Assembly (NCBI GenBank): GCA_023700245.1
Contig: JAJPRE010000005.1
Location: 7,106 to 71,105 of the forward strand
From: Candidatus Thalassarchaeaceae archaeon
Lineage (GTDB): Archaea; Thermoplasmatota; Poseidoniia; Poseidoniales; Thalassarchaeaceae
Length of the DNA stretch: 64,000 bases
Direction: 5' to 3'
Shown here piece by piece: positions 43,962-53,584 of the stretch. How positions within the stretch are numbered: position 1 is the stretch's first letter; every line of letters starts with the position of its first letter. Below the pieces are notes generated by a model. That model saw nothing but the letters and a program-made list of their open reading frames with translations, searched no databases and was not told the origin of the DNA. The translations under genes were made by a program, and so were the position numbers.

Positions 43962-46900
43962 ATGAAACGTCTTAATATGTCCGTACTTATTATGATGCGC
44001 CGTAGAGGGTTTTTGGCTTCAGTGCTCATCATAGTTCTGATAGTCCCGCTGGCTTCATCTTCAATATTGCCATCTAAAAAAACAGATGGCGGGCTAGATG
44101 CTGACGGAGAATGGCAGAGTAGTATGGAATCTGGCATCCACAACGATTGGTGGCTAGATTGGAGCAGAGATAAAAACAATAATATGTTAGATGATAGATT
44201 AGAATGGTTATTGGATCAAACTGCTGAAATTCAACATAATTGGTGGAAAAGAGCACCTAATGGTAGTTCAAGAGTAATAGTAGATTATGATCATCACCCT
44301 AGTAATAAAGACATAGAGGCACTAGAGAATATTGGGGCAGAAGTAACATTTAGGCCAATTTATCTTGATAGTCTAATCATAACAATACCATTTGAACCTA
44401 TTTTGAACATAAATGGGATTCGCTCATTACAAGGAGTAGTGATGATTGAAGATTTAGGGTTGGCAGAACCAAATATGAATGAAGCAGTTCCTAATATGGG
44501 AGTAAATGGAGTTTGGGAAGATTTTGGATTAGACGGTACTGGTTCAACTATAGCAATTCTAGATACTGGAATTAGAGGAGATCATGAAGGACTAAATGAT
44601 ATGGATGACGATCCCCTAACATGCATAAGTGAGCCTCCTGACCCCTTAAATCCAAATCCCGAACCAATATCAGATTGCGACCCGAAAATAATAGGATTTT
44701 TTGATGCTGTATTCACTGATGATGAACAAGATCCAGCATCATCATATGATTCTGGGACACATGGCAGTCATGTTGCTGGAATTGCAGCCGGAAGTGGAGG
44801 AGGGCAAGCCGATCCGGTTAGTGGAATGAGATATATTGGAGCTGCTCCAGGTGCATTTCTAATAAATATATTAGCTTGCTGCGATGGAGACATTGAAGAT
44901 ATCATTCAAGGTGCAGAATGGGCCATAGAAAATAAAGAAAAATATGGCATAGATATTTTGACATCTTCACTTGGTGAACAACAAGTTGAGATTCATTTTG
45001 ATAATGATGGTAGTTCGGCATGGAGTAGGCAGATGGATTATGTTGTTGAATCTGGAATAATTACCACATTATCTGCTGGAAATGAATTTGGAGGAGCTAC
45101 TTTTGCTGGCTGTAATACAATCGATAGCCCCGGTGATGCAGAATTGCCAGTAACTGTTGGAAGTTTAGATAAAGATCTTGGTTTGGCAATTTATAGTAGT
45201 AGAGGATATACTTCTGATTTACGAGTGAAGCCTGATGTAGCAGTAATAGGATCAAATATAATGGCCCCGGATGCTGCGACGAGTGATGGATATACTAGTA
45301 AATCTGGAACAAGTATGGCAACTCCTTTGATGGCAGGAATTGCGGCCTTAATGGTACAAGCAAATCCCGATTTGACTCCTGAAGAATTTAAAGACATCAT
45401 TCGTGCAGATTCTATTGAAAGGGAGTTGACCCTGCTTAATGACCCAGGATTAAATGATTGTAGTATAATTGAGACTAGGCCAGATAATGAATTTGGATAC
45501 GGGCAGGCAGACCCTGTAAAATTTGTAGAATCAGCAGGAAGTATCGATCGTTCGCTCAATATTTCAATGAATATAGAGACTTTACAGGAAATAGGTAACC
45601 AGAGTTATGTTGGAGGATTTTCTTCTGGGGCAGCACCTGGGCAAGGAGAAGTCCAAGTAAGAGTTGGCGGAGGTATTTGGAAAGGTGCGGCTGATCTTAC
45701 TGGAGATTGGAGTGAATGGAGATTAAAACTTGAGCCTCATGAACAATCTGGGAACTCTACAATATATGCAAGGTTAGTGATGAGTGAGGATAGTATTTCT
45801 CCCGTGGATGCGAAAAGAGTTATACTTATTGATGGAGTATCCAAAAGTGGAATTGTAAATGGAGAATTGATATCAATGGGATCATTTATATTCTTTTTTC
45901 CATTTATTATAGTCCTAGGAATATTAGCATATGTGATGATTAATGAACGATGGGTAGATAAAATGAAGTCTAATAAGACATCAAATAATGTTGATTTAGT
46001 ATCAAATTATTCAAAAATAAATACGGAGTCATTTAACATATTTATTTGGTTTGAAAAAATAAATAAAGAATGGAACAATGGGGCTTCATTGATTGAGAAC
46101 CAATTTAGAAGATATATTTCTTTGTGTGTTTTATATATTGCCCAAGGATTACCTGCAGGTTTTACATATGTAGCATTTGTAGCGTATCTTACTGATAATG
46201 GAACTCCTCCTGCAGATATAGCGATATTATTTGCAACTGTTGCCCTTCCTTGGACATTCAAATTTATTTGGGGGCCATTAATTGACTTGCTCGTGATTCC
46301 TGAATATGGGATAAGACGCCCTTGGATCTTATTTGCACAATCTGGAATGGTAATATCTTTATCGACATTGTTATTTATTCCAAATATTATTGATTCCATA
46401 GCATTAGTAACGATATTATTATTTATTCATAATCTATTTTCATCGCTACAAGATGTAAGCGTAGATGCTTTGGCTGTTGACGTATTAAGGCCGGATGAAG
46501 TTGCTAAAGCAAATGGATTTATGTTTGCATCTAAGAGAGGTGGAATGATTTTTGGTGGGGCAGTTCTAGGCCTATTGGTTGTACCTTATGGCATCAAATC
46601 TGCAATAATGCTACAAATACCAATATTAATAATTATGATGAGTTTGCCACTTTTCCTACGCGAGAAACCAGAGAATAAACTATTCCCATGGGAAAGTAGC
46701 AGAGAAGAAAATGAAATAACTGTACAGGAAGATGAAGTGATTAAAAGTTCAGAATTGACATGGGAGGGAGATGATAATCCACGGTTCAAAGGTGCTAGAT
46801 GGGCAGCAAATAACATATATTACAATAAAATTAGTATTACTGCTGCATTTTTGTGGATTGGAATTATTACATGGGTATTTGGAGGTGCAATAAATATAAT

Positions 46901-47828
46901 TCATTTGATCGGGCACCCATATCCTGATGGAGTATTTCATGGCCCATTAGTTACATTATCATATGTTGGAACATTTGGATCATACTGTATCCTCACATCA
47001 ATAATAATGATGATAATGGAGGCATTAGGAACTAAATTACCAATTGTCACTAGCCCCTTAGCATTTTCATCACCGGAATCTAAAAAGAATATTGCTACAA
47101 CAATTTACCATATTGTTCAAGGTTTTTCAACAAGATCTTCATTTCTTTTAATATTCTTATGCCTGCTTTCTGATCTTGCATTGTTTGTTGATCCAATTGT
47201 AATTGATATTTTTATTAATGAGGCTGGATGGTCTCAAGGAAAATACAATGCCATAGTTGGTGGAATTGTAGTATTATTCACAATGTTAGGCCAAGTAATC
47301 GGCGGAATCATAGGAGATAGGTTTGGAGTAAGGGAAGTTGCCATGGTTGGATTTACCCTTCTTGCTTTGGCTAATGCTGGTCTAGCATTATTGAATGGGT
47401 ACTGGACGGATACGACTATAATGACATTTTATCTATGTATTAAAGCAGTAATATATGGAATAGCATGGATATGCGTAATATCTGTTTCAATGCGATTAAC
47501 ATTCAGTAAAGCTGGAGGTACTCAATTTACTGCGTACATGTCAATGTTCAATCTTTCTGCAGTTTTTGCATACCTATTTTCTGGTAAAATGATTGCTGCC
47601 TTTGATTATCTGACTATGTTATACATAGGTGCAGCATTAACTATGATATCTGTAATTATGCTAGTATTCATAGATCCAGATGAAACTGATAGAGTTTTGG
47701 AAGGTAAGTTAGATCAAGAAGATAATGGAGAAAATGGAGGGGACTTTGGAGAAGGACTTTGGCCAACTGATGAAGAGTTAATTGATACAGACATCCTCGG
47801 AGGTAATGATAATGTTACAATTGCATGA
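43962..47828 (+). CDS. S8 subtilisin-like protease fused to an AmpG/PAT-family MFS permease
   Basis: Single 1288-aa ORF. Signal or anchor at aa 16-33. Catalytic motifs AILDTG (D201), SGTHGSHVAG (H267) and SGTSMATPLMAG (S451). TM anchor at aa ~637-660. MFS part from aa ~716 carries the AmpG-like motifs QGLPAGF, FKFIWGPLIDL, GIRRPWIL and SSLQDVSVDALAVDVL. Confidence 0.85.
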   Translation: MKRLNMSVLIMMRRRGFLASVLIIVLIVPLASSSILPSKKTDGGLDADGEWQSSMESGIHNDWWLDWSRDKNNNMLDDRLEWLLDQTAEIQHNWWKRAPNGSSRVIVDYDHHPSNKDIEALENIGAEVTFRPIYLDSLIITIPFEPILNINGIRSLQGVVMIEDLGLAEPNMNEAVPNMGVNGVWEDFGLDGTGSTIAILDTGIRGDHEGLNDMDDDPLTCISEPPDPLNPNPEPISDCDPKIIGFFDAVFTDDEQDPASSYDSGTHGSHVAGIAAGSGGGQADPVSGMRYIGAAPGAFLINILACCDGDIEDIIQGAEWAIENKEKYGIDILTSSLGEQQVEIHFDNDGSSAWSRQMDYVVESGIITTLSAGNEFGGATFAGCNTIDSPGDAELPVTVGSLDKDLGLAIYSSRGYTSDLRVKPDVAVIGSNIMAPDAATSDGYTSKSGTSMATPLMAGIAALMVQANPDLTPEEFKDIIRADSIERELTLLNDPGLNDCSIIETRPDNEFGYGQADPVKFVESAGSIDRSLNISMNIETLQEIGNQSYVGGFSSGAAPGQGEVQVRVGGGIWKGAADLTGDWSEWRLKLEPHEQSGNSTIYARLVMSEDSISPVDAKRVILIDGVSKSGIVNGELISMGSFIFFFPFIIVLGILAYVMINERWVDKMKSNKTSNNVDLVSNYSKINTESFNIFIWFEKINKEWNNGASLIENQFRRYISLCVLYIAQGLPAGFTYVAFVAYLTDNGTPPADIAILFATVALPWTFKFIWGPLIDLLVIPEYGIRRPWILFAQSGMVISLSTLLFIPNIIDSIALVTILLFIHNLFSSLQDVSVDALAVDVLRPDEVAKANGFMFASKRGGMIFGGAVLGLLVVPYGIKSAIMLQIPILIIMMSLPLFLREKPENKLFPWESSREENEITVQEDEVIKSSELTWEGDDNPRFKGARWAANNIYYNKISITAAFLWIGIITWVFGGAINIIHLIGHPYPDGVFHGPLVTLSYVGTFGSYCILTSIIMMIMEALGTKLPIVTSPLAFSSPESKKNIATTIYHIVQGFSTRSSFLLIFLCLLSDLALFVDPIVIDIFINEAGWSQGKYNAIVGGIVVLFTMLGQVIGGIIGDRFGVREVAMVGFTLLALANAGLALLNGYWTDTTIMTFYLCIKAVIYGIAWICVISVSMRLTFSKAGGTQFTAYMSMFNLSAVFAYLFSGKMIAAFDYLTMLYIGAALTMISVIMLVFIDPDETDRVLEGKLDQEDNGENGGDFGEGLWPTDEELIDTDILGGNDNVTIA

Positions 47829-48102
47829 ATGGATTGAAAAAACTGAGACTGATTTCATATTATTTTCACAGACAATTTGCCCATATTGTAATTTGGCAAA
47901 GAGATTATTAAAATCAAAAAAATTATCATTTACCGAAGTAAATCTTGACCATCATGAAGGATTAAGAGATTCAGTAGTAATGGAAACGGGGCATAGGACC
48001 GTACCAGCAGTATTTGATTTAAGGAATTCTAAACCATTATTTATCGGAGGTTCGGACCATTTAATAAGGTATTTTAAGGACACAAAAAACGTTAAAAAAT
48101 AG
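47806..48102 (+). CDS. Glutaredoxin
   Basis: CPYC active site in a thioredoxin-fold context (ILFSQTICPYCNLAKRLL) and TVPAVF. The start overlaps the 3' end of the upstream gene. Confidence 0.8.
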   Translation: MIMLQLHEWIEKTETDFILFSQTICPYCNLAKRLLKSKKLSFTEVNLDHHEGLRDSVVMETGHRTVPAVFDLRNSKPLFIGGSDHLIRYFKDTKNVKK

Positions 48103-48137
48103 ATATAGACCACCATAATTGGAACAAAGATATATTA

Positions 48138-48719
48138 TTATTGACTGGCAATAGATTGGATGCTTGTTTTGAGTTTATCTAATTGTGATATATCTACCAT
48201 GTGTCCTTTTTGATGCCTTAATTTTGTTACTTTCCATCCTCCTTTCTCAAATACTTCGATATGTTTTTCAGCCACTGAAATTGGTATTATTTTATCTTTT
48301 TCACCATGCATCCAAACTACTGGCCTTTGCCAAATATTTGACATTGCGGATTCTAATCCCAAAGGATTAATTGACATAGTTCCAATTAGAACTAGTCCCA
48401 AAATACGATCCTGTATACTTCGTTCCATCATCATGGAAGCCATTGCACCTCCTTGTGAAAAGCCACCTACAATCAATGGACCCTCAGGTAATTCTTCAAT
48501 TAATTTAGTTAGTGAATCATATACTTGGAGTGCATAATCATCATAATTTATGTCATCTTCTTCTTTGATCCACCATGCATATCCTCCTAAATTTGGATGT
48601 GAAATTGTTGCCTGAGGGCAATATACTTCCCAATTATTTGGAACTAATTGATTTGCAAGTGGCATCATTTTTTCAGAAGTTCCTGACATCCCATGTAGCA
48701 TAACCAGTGTCCCTGACAT
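48138..48719 (-). CDS. Alpha/beta hydrolase (phospholipase/carboxylesterase family)
   Basis: Nucleophile elbow GFSQGG, with HG near the N-terminus and the C-terminus. Confidence 0.8.
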   Translation of the reverse strand: MSGTLVMLHGMSGTSEKMMPLANQLVPNNWEVYCPQATISHPNLGGYAWWIKEEDDINYDDYALQVYDSLTKLIEELPEGPLIVGGFSQGGAMASMMMERSIQDRILGLVLIGTMSINPLGLESAMSNIWQRPVVWMHGEKDKIIPISVAEKHIEVFEKGGWKVTKLRHQKGHMVDISQLDKLKTSIQSIASQ

Positions 48720-48729
48720 CTATTTTTCC

Positions 48730-49686
48730 TCAAATAGACCAAGATTGGGTTATACCGCCTGCCACTATAAATCTAAAATAGCTTTCACCACTAAATGTCA
48801 GAGTTAGAGTATATTCCTCCGAAGGATACGGTATAGTCCCAAGTGTCCCCGATTCTGTTGAACCTGGTCCCCAAACCCGTTCAAGTACTGATATTGATAG
48901 GTGGTCCCTAAGAGTCATCGATATCGATGAAGATCCCCCCCCACAATTTGCATCTAAGAAATATATCATCTCGTCCCATGCACCATCATTTGGATGATCA
49001 CTGACCAAGAATGAGTCTTGTACTTCTGCGTCTGGACCATTGCTTTCCCAAATATCGCTAAAAAGATCACCTCCCCTTACAAAATAAACATCTCCTGAAT
49101 GCCCAGTTCCTGAATCTACTTGCATCATCTTTAGATTTTCGACATTGTTTGAATCTGTCCAAATAAAGGTTGAAAAGAATTTAATATTAGAATCAAATGT
49201 ATATACTAATTTTGAACCATCATTAGATGATGCGTGAATAACTGCTAAATTTGAATCTAAAGAAACCACAATTGCACTCCATTCAATAGTAAACAAAGAA
49301 AAATCCCAAGATTTTTCAACTTCTAATGGAAAATTAAGTACTTGCTGTGCAACGCCGTTTTCAAATGCACTTAGATGATCATGCGTCATCCTTCCAAGAA
49401 AAGGATTATGATTCAGAACAGCATGACGGCGAGCTTCAGTTAAACTAGAGATTGTCAGCATATATGCAGTATTATCTTCTTCTGTATCTGAAGCAACAAC
49501 AAGTCTTGCAGTATCGTCATTATAATCAGGAGTGGAAAATGTATACAACCAATAATCTCCAATATTCCAAGTTGGTACTTCAATTTCATCTTTAGAATTG
49601 GATATAGTATCATTATTTTGCGTACATCCAGATAAAGGCATAACGAGTATTAATATCGTCAAACCAATTATGACTGACTGTTTCAT
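48730..49686 (-). CDS. Secreted lipoprotein, unknown function
   Basis: Signal MKQSVIIGLTILILVMPLSGC. No recognisable domain. Confidence 0.6.
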   Translation of the reverse strand: MKQSVIIGLTILILVMPLSGCTQNNDTISNSKDEIEVPTWNIGDYWLYTFSTPDYNDDTARLVVASDTEEDNTAYMLTISSLTEARRHAVLNHNPFLGRMTHDHLSAFENGVAQQVLNFPLEVEKSWDFSLFTIEWSAIVVSLDSNLAVIHASSNDGSKLVYTFDSNIKFFSTFIWTDSNNVENLKMMQVDSGTGHSGDVYFVRGGDLFSDIWESNGPDAEVQDSFLVSDHPNDGAWDEMIYFLDANCGGGSSSISMTLRDHLSISVLERVWGPGSTESGTLGTIPYPSEEYTLTLTFSGESYFRFIVAGGITQSWSI

Positions 49687-49731
49687 AACAACTCGTGAAG
49701 CCAATTATTCAAGAGGTTGGCGGTAAGAAGA

Positions 49732-51828
49732 TTAGAAACCCAAGAGGCCGCCAGCAGTTAATTCTCCAGTACCTGCTAAAACAACTGCCACTATAGACAT
49801 TAATTTAATTAGAATATTTAAAGAAGGCCCAGAAGTATCTTTGAAAGGATCTCCAATTGTATCTCCTATGATTGCAGCATCGTGAGCTGAATCTCCTTTT
49901 TCAGCACCTTTGATATGCCCTTGTTCTATTGCTTTCTTTGCATTATCCCATGCCCCACCTGCATTTGCCATGAATAGAGCCATCAAAACACCCGTTACGA
50001 GAGAGCCAGCGAGAAGGCCCCCTAGTGCGTCCCAACCTAGTAGTACTCCAACTAATACTGGAGCGATTATTGCAACTAATCCCGGTCCAACCATTTCCCT
50101 AAGTGCTGCTTGTGTTGAAATATCAATACATTTTTTAGAATCCGGTTTTACTCCCTCCTTGCCTTCCAGGAGGCCAGGAATTTCTTTAAATTGCCTTCTG
50201 ATCTCAATAACCATTTCTTGAGCGGCTTTTCCTACTGAAGTCATTGTCATTGCAGCAACCACAAATGGCAATGCCCCTCCAATTAAGAGACCAACTACGA
50301 CCATAGGATTTGTTGAGATGTCTAAATCTAAACCTATTCCGCCATCTACTATGGAAGCATTAACTGCACTAGAATAGGCTGCAAATAATGCTAGTGCAGT
50401 TAATGCTGCTGAGCCAATAGCAAATCCTTTACCTACTGCTGCAGTCGTATTTCCAATTGAATCTAGTTCATCAGTAATTGCACGAACCTCTGGACCTAAT
50501 CTACTCATTTCGGCAATACCTCCAGCGTTATCAGCAACAGGACCATAGGCATCTACAGTCATTGTTACTCCAACGGTAGCTAACATACCCATAGCAGCCA
50601 TTGCAATGCCATAGAGACCCATTTCATCTCCACCCATGAATTGATTTGCTCCCAATATACCAACAGAAATTAAGACTATAGGAAGGAATGTAGACATCAT
50701 ACCTATTGAGAGTCCTGCTATAGCATTAGTTGCAGGTCCTGTTTTTGACATTTCTCCAATATGAGAAATTGATCTAGTCGGGATACCAAAAACTGGTTCA
50801 ATACCTGTGTAGTATTCAGTAACTAATCCAATCATTATACCAATGATGCTTCCAAGAACAACCGAATGCATGACACCCAATTCAACATCGATTAAACCTT
50901 GATTAATAGCCAAATATCCTCCTGCCCAGAATAAAATAGCAGCAATGAATGTAGTATTCCTTAATGCAGCTGCTGCATTGGATCCATTCTTCAAGAAAGT
51001 CATTGAGAATACGCCTATTATAGATGCTACGTAACCAATTAATCCAAGCATAATTGGCATCAACACATAGTCTACAGACATTTCATCTGAATTACTTGCA
51101 ATAATCATTGCAGCAATTATTGAGCCGACAAAAGATTCGAAAATATCTGCACCCATTCCTGCAACATCTCCAACGTTATCTCCAACGTTATCTGCAATTA
51201 CGCCTGGGTTTCTTGGATCATCTTCTGGAATGCCAGCTTCTACTTTACCAACTAAATCTGCCCCAACATCAGCAGCTTTGGTATATATCCCACCACCTAC
51301 ACGAGCGAAGAGTGCGATTGATGAAGCCCCCATTCCGAAACCTGCAGCTGCTGAAAGATTACTAGATGCATCATCAGCACCTAGCCAAAAAGCGATCAAC
51401 GAAATTCCTAGTAATCCAAGCCCTCCAACTGAGAGGCCCATAACTGCACCTCCATTATATGATACAGATAATGCTCCTGCTTGGCCACCATTCTTAGCAG
51501 CCATTGCAGTTCTTCCATTAGCTGAAGTTGCGGCCCTCATACCTGAAAAGCCTGCAAGTACAGATGCGAATGCACCTGCAAAGAATGCGATTGAAGTCTC
51601 AAAGCCATTTAAGGCTAATAAAAGGGCCCCTACAACTGCTACAAATATACTTAGAACTTTATATTCTGCATATAAAAAAGCCATAGCCCCATCTTGAATT
51701 TCTTGAGTGATGTCGGCTACTACTTCATTATCTATTTCGACACTGTTTACTTTTCTGTATAATCCAAATGCTATTGCTAAACCAATAAGACCTGTGACTG
51801 CTGCTATTAAGGGTATATTATCCATCAT
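49732..51828 (-). CDS. hppA: Membrane-bound cation-translocating pyrophosphatase (K+-dependent sequence type)
   Basis: [19 protein letters not shown] and [20 protein letters not shown] motifs. [16 protein letters not shown] has Ala at the K+-dependence position. Confidence 0.95.
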   Translation of the reverse strand: MMDNIPLIAAVTGLIGLAIAFGLYRKVNSVEIDNEVVADITQEIQDGAMAFLYAEYKVLSIFVAVVGALLLALNGFETSIAFFAGAFASVLAGFSGMRAATSANGRTAMAAKNGGQAGALSVSYNGGAVMGLSVGGLGLLGISLIAFWLGADDASSNLSAAAGFGMGASSIALFARVGGGIYTKAADVGADLVGKVEAGIPEDDPRNPGVIADNVGDNVGDVAGMGADIFESFVGSIIAAMIIASNSDEMSVDYVLMPIMLGLIGYVASIIGVFSMTFLKNGSNAAAALRNTTFIAAILFWAGGYLAINQGLIDVELGVMHSVVLGSIIGIMIGLVTEYYTGIEPVFGIPTRSISHIGEMSKTGPATNAIAGLSIGMMSTFLPIVLISVGILGANQFMGGDEMGLYGIAMAAMGMLATVGVTMTVDAYGPVADNAGGIAEMSRLGPEVRAITDELDSIGNTTAAVGKGFAIGSAALTALALFAAYSSAVNASIVDGGIGLDLDISTNPMVVVGLLIGGALPFVVAAMTMTSVGKAAQEMVIEIRRQFKEIPGLLEGKEGVKPDSKKCIDISTQAALREMVGPGLVAIIAPVLVGVLLGWDALGGLLAGSLVTGVLMALFMANAGGAWDNAKKAIEQGHIKGAEKGDSAHDAAIIGDTIGDPFKDTSGPSLNILIKLMSIVAVVLAGTGELTAGGLLGF

Positions 51829-51893
51829 ATTATCTACCTACGGTCACGCCGACCCAAGTCTTACTTATAATCGGAATCCTGATTATACACCAG

Positions 51894-52808
51894 TTAGAGT
51901 CCATCTCTGCTATCATATTTTAAAACCAAGTTTGCAAATGATGATAATATTTCAGCCCCATCGTGTTCTCCTTTGAATGATTTAAATTCATCTTCGCTTA
52001 TATGGCCCCACTCGTATGCTCTTTTTATCCTATTTTTTGCTGCTTCGGGATGAAATTGGAGCCCCCATGCAGGTAATGGATTTCCTTGGTCATCATTTAC
52101 TCTAACTGCCGTAATTTTATTATGAGTAGTTGTTGCTAGAATATCAAGACGAAATGGAACTGACATTACATGATCTTGATGAGTGTAAAGTCCTGGAATA
52201 TTGTCTCCAGGAATTAAATGAGATGTTAATAACTTATCTTCTTTACCGATTTTGGTAAGTTCTAATTCCCAAATACCACTTGATAGTGAATCATGCCTTT
52301 CGACCTTGCCTCCGAATGAATGGCAAAGTAATTGATGCCCGAAACATATTCCGAGTGTTGGAATTCCAGAGTTTGAAGATGTTTGCATGAGTAATGCTGA
52401 AGGTGCCATCCATTCTTCCCATATGCTCACATTTCTTCTAGATCCAGAACAAACAACTACATCTATATTCAAGTCTTCAAGCCAACATTTCATATTATGA
52501 TAATCTGCTATCATTGGCATAATGATCCTGCGGAAAGGTACTTTTTTATTTTCTAATTCTACTTCCAATATGCTCCAAAATGGAAATTCATCGCCCCAGT
52601 TTGGGACATCTTCTTTCGTTAATGTAATATCAGGATTTGAATTTAATTTCTTATTATAAATTGGAGATTGCATTTGAGGAGTGATCAATAGAACTTCAAC
52701 ATCTGAAGATTTTAAAAATGGCCTTACAACTTCTTGATTTCCTCCGTGTCCAAATTCAGAACGTTCTACTAATAGGTCAAGAATTAGTATTCGCGTAAGT
52801 GCTACCAC
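51894..52808 (-). CDS. Class I glutamine amidotransferase-like protein
   Basis: GICFGHQLL (nucleophile Cys) and LQFHPE motifs. Confidence 0.8.
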   Translation of the reverse strand: MVALTRILILDLLVERSEFGHGGNQEVVRPFLKSSDVEVLLITPQMQSPIYNKKLNSNPDITLTKEDVPNWGDEFPFWSILEVELENKKVPFRRIIMPMIADYHNMKCWLEDLNIDVVVCSGSRRNVSIWEEWMAPSALLMQTSSNSGIPTLGICFGHQLLCHSFGGKVERHDSLSSGIWELELTKIGKEDKLLTSHLIPGDNIPGLYTHQDHVMSVPFRLDILATTTHNKITAVRVNDDQGNPLPAWGLQFHPEAAKNRIKRAYEWGHISEDEFKSFKGEHDGAEILSSFANLVLKYDSRDGL

Positions 52809-52873
52809 AGATAACCGTAGAGGAAGTGTTTGAAAGCCTCGCCCCTCTTCGATTGGTTCGGAGTAGTCATTAA

Positions 52874-53158
52874 ATGGTAGACAAACAAATGATTTTGGAG
52901 TCAGTTGGACCTGTTCAGGCCATATTAGATGCGCATGACGGAGTAGTGAACATTATCGATACTACTGGTGGGATTATCATGATATCATTAGAAGGAGGAT
53001 GTACTGGATGTAGTGCAACTCCAATGACTGCAATGCAAATATATTATTCATTAATGAAACTTGATGAGGTACAGGATGTTATTTTCGTAAATGGTGAATT
53101 ACCGGCATATATGCGTTCTTTTATTGATGATAAATTAAATGGCGAGAATAAAGAATAA
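52874..53158 (+). CDS. NifU-like (Nfu C-terminal) Fe-S cluster scaffold domain protein
   Basis: GGCTGCSATPMT CxxC motif in a ~90-aa protein. Confidence 0.8.
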   Translation: MVDKQMILESVGPVQAILDAHDGVVNIIDTTGGIIMISLEGGCTGCSATPMTAMQIYYSLMKLDEVQDVIFVNGELPAYMRSFIDDKLNGENKE

Positions 53159-53160
53159 TT

Positions 53161-53496
53161 TTATTTATCTCTGCGTTTTTTCATTATTTCATGGGGATTA
53201 ATTTCACCTTGGACATCTTTTCCTTTGATATTTAACGAAGCAGTGAGTGCAACTATTATTGCCAAAATTGCTAAAGGCCTCGCAGCATTCCTTGATTCCC
53301 ATAATTCCCCTCCAAGATAATGCAATAAGAACAACATAATTGCTGATGTCCAGCATAATGACATAATGACTCTTTGAGTAATTATTTCACCATTTTGTGA
53401 ACGTGCTAATGTGCCAATTGAAATCCATAAGAAAAGAGCGGCCCCACAAAGAGTTAGAGAAATATTCTCCAGCAGATCTAACATTTCCATAGCCAC
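53161..53496 (-). CDS. Small membrane protein, unknown function
   Basis: Three hydrophobic helices. No homology recognised. Confidence 0.45.
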   Translation of the reverse strand: MAMEMLDLLENISLTLCGAALFLWISIGTLARSQNGEIITQRVIMSLCWTSAIMLFLLHYLGGELWESRNAARPLAILAIIVALTASLNIKGKDVQGEINPHEIMKKRRDK

Positions 53497-53584
53497 TCGT
53501 AATGGTCTTCACTTGTTTAGATTAGGGAGATTAGCACACAATCAAGGGACAGAATCAAGTTGAATGACTATTTGACTTAAAAAT

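Noticed and set aside
51169-51192. Perfect 12-nt tandem duplication TCCAACGTTATC x2 on the plus strand.
   Set aside because: It encodes the conserved DNVGDNVGD motif of membrane pyrophosphatases. It is a normal feature of the family, not a recent repeat expansion.
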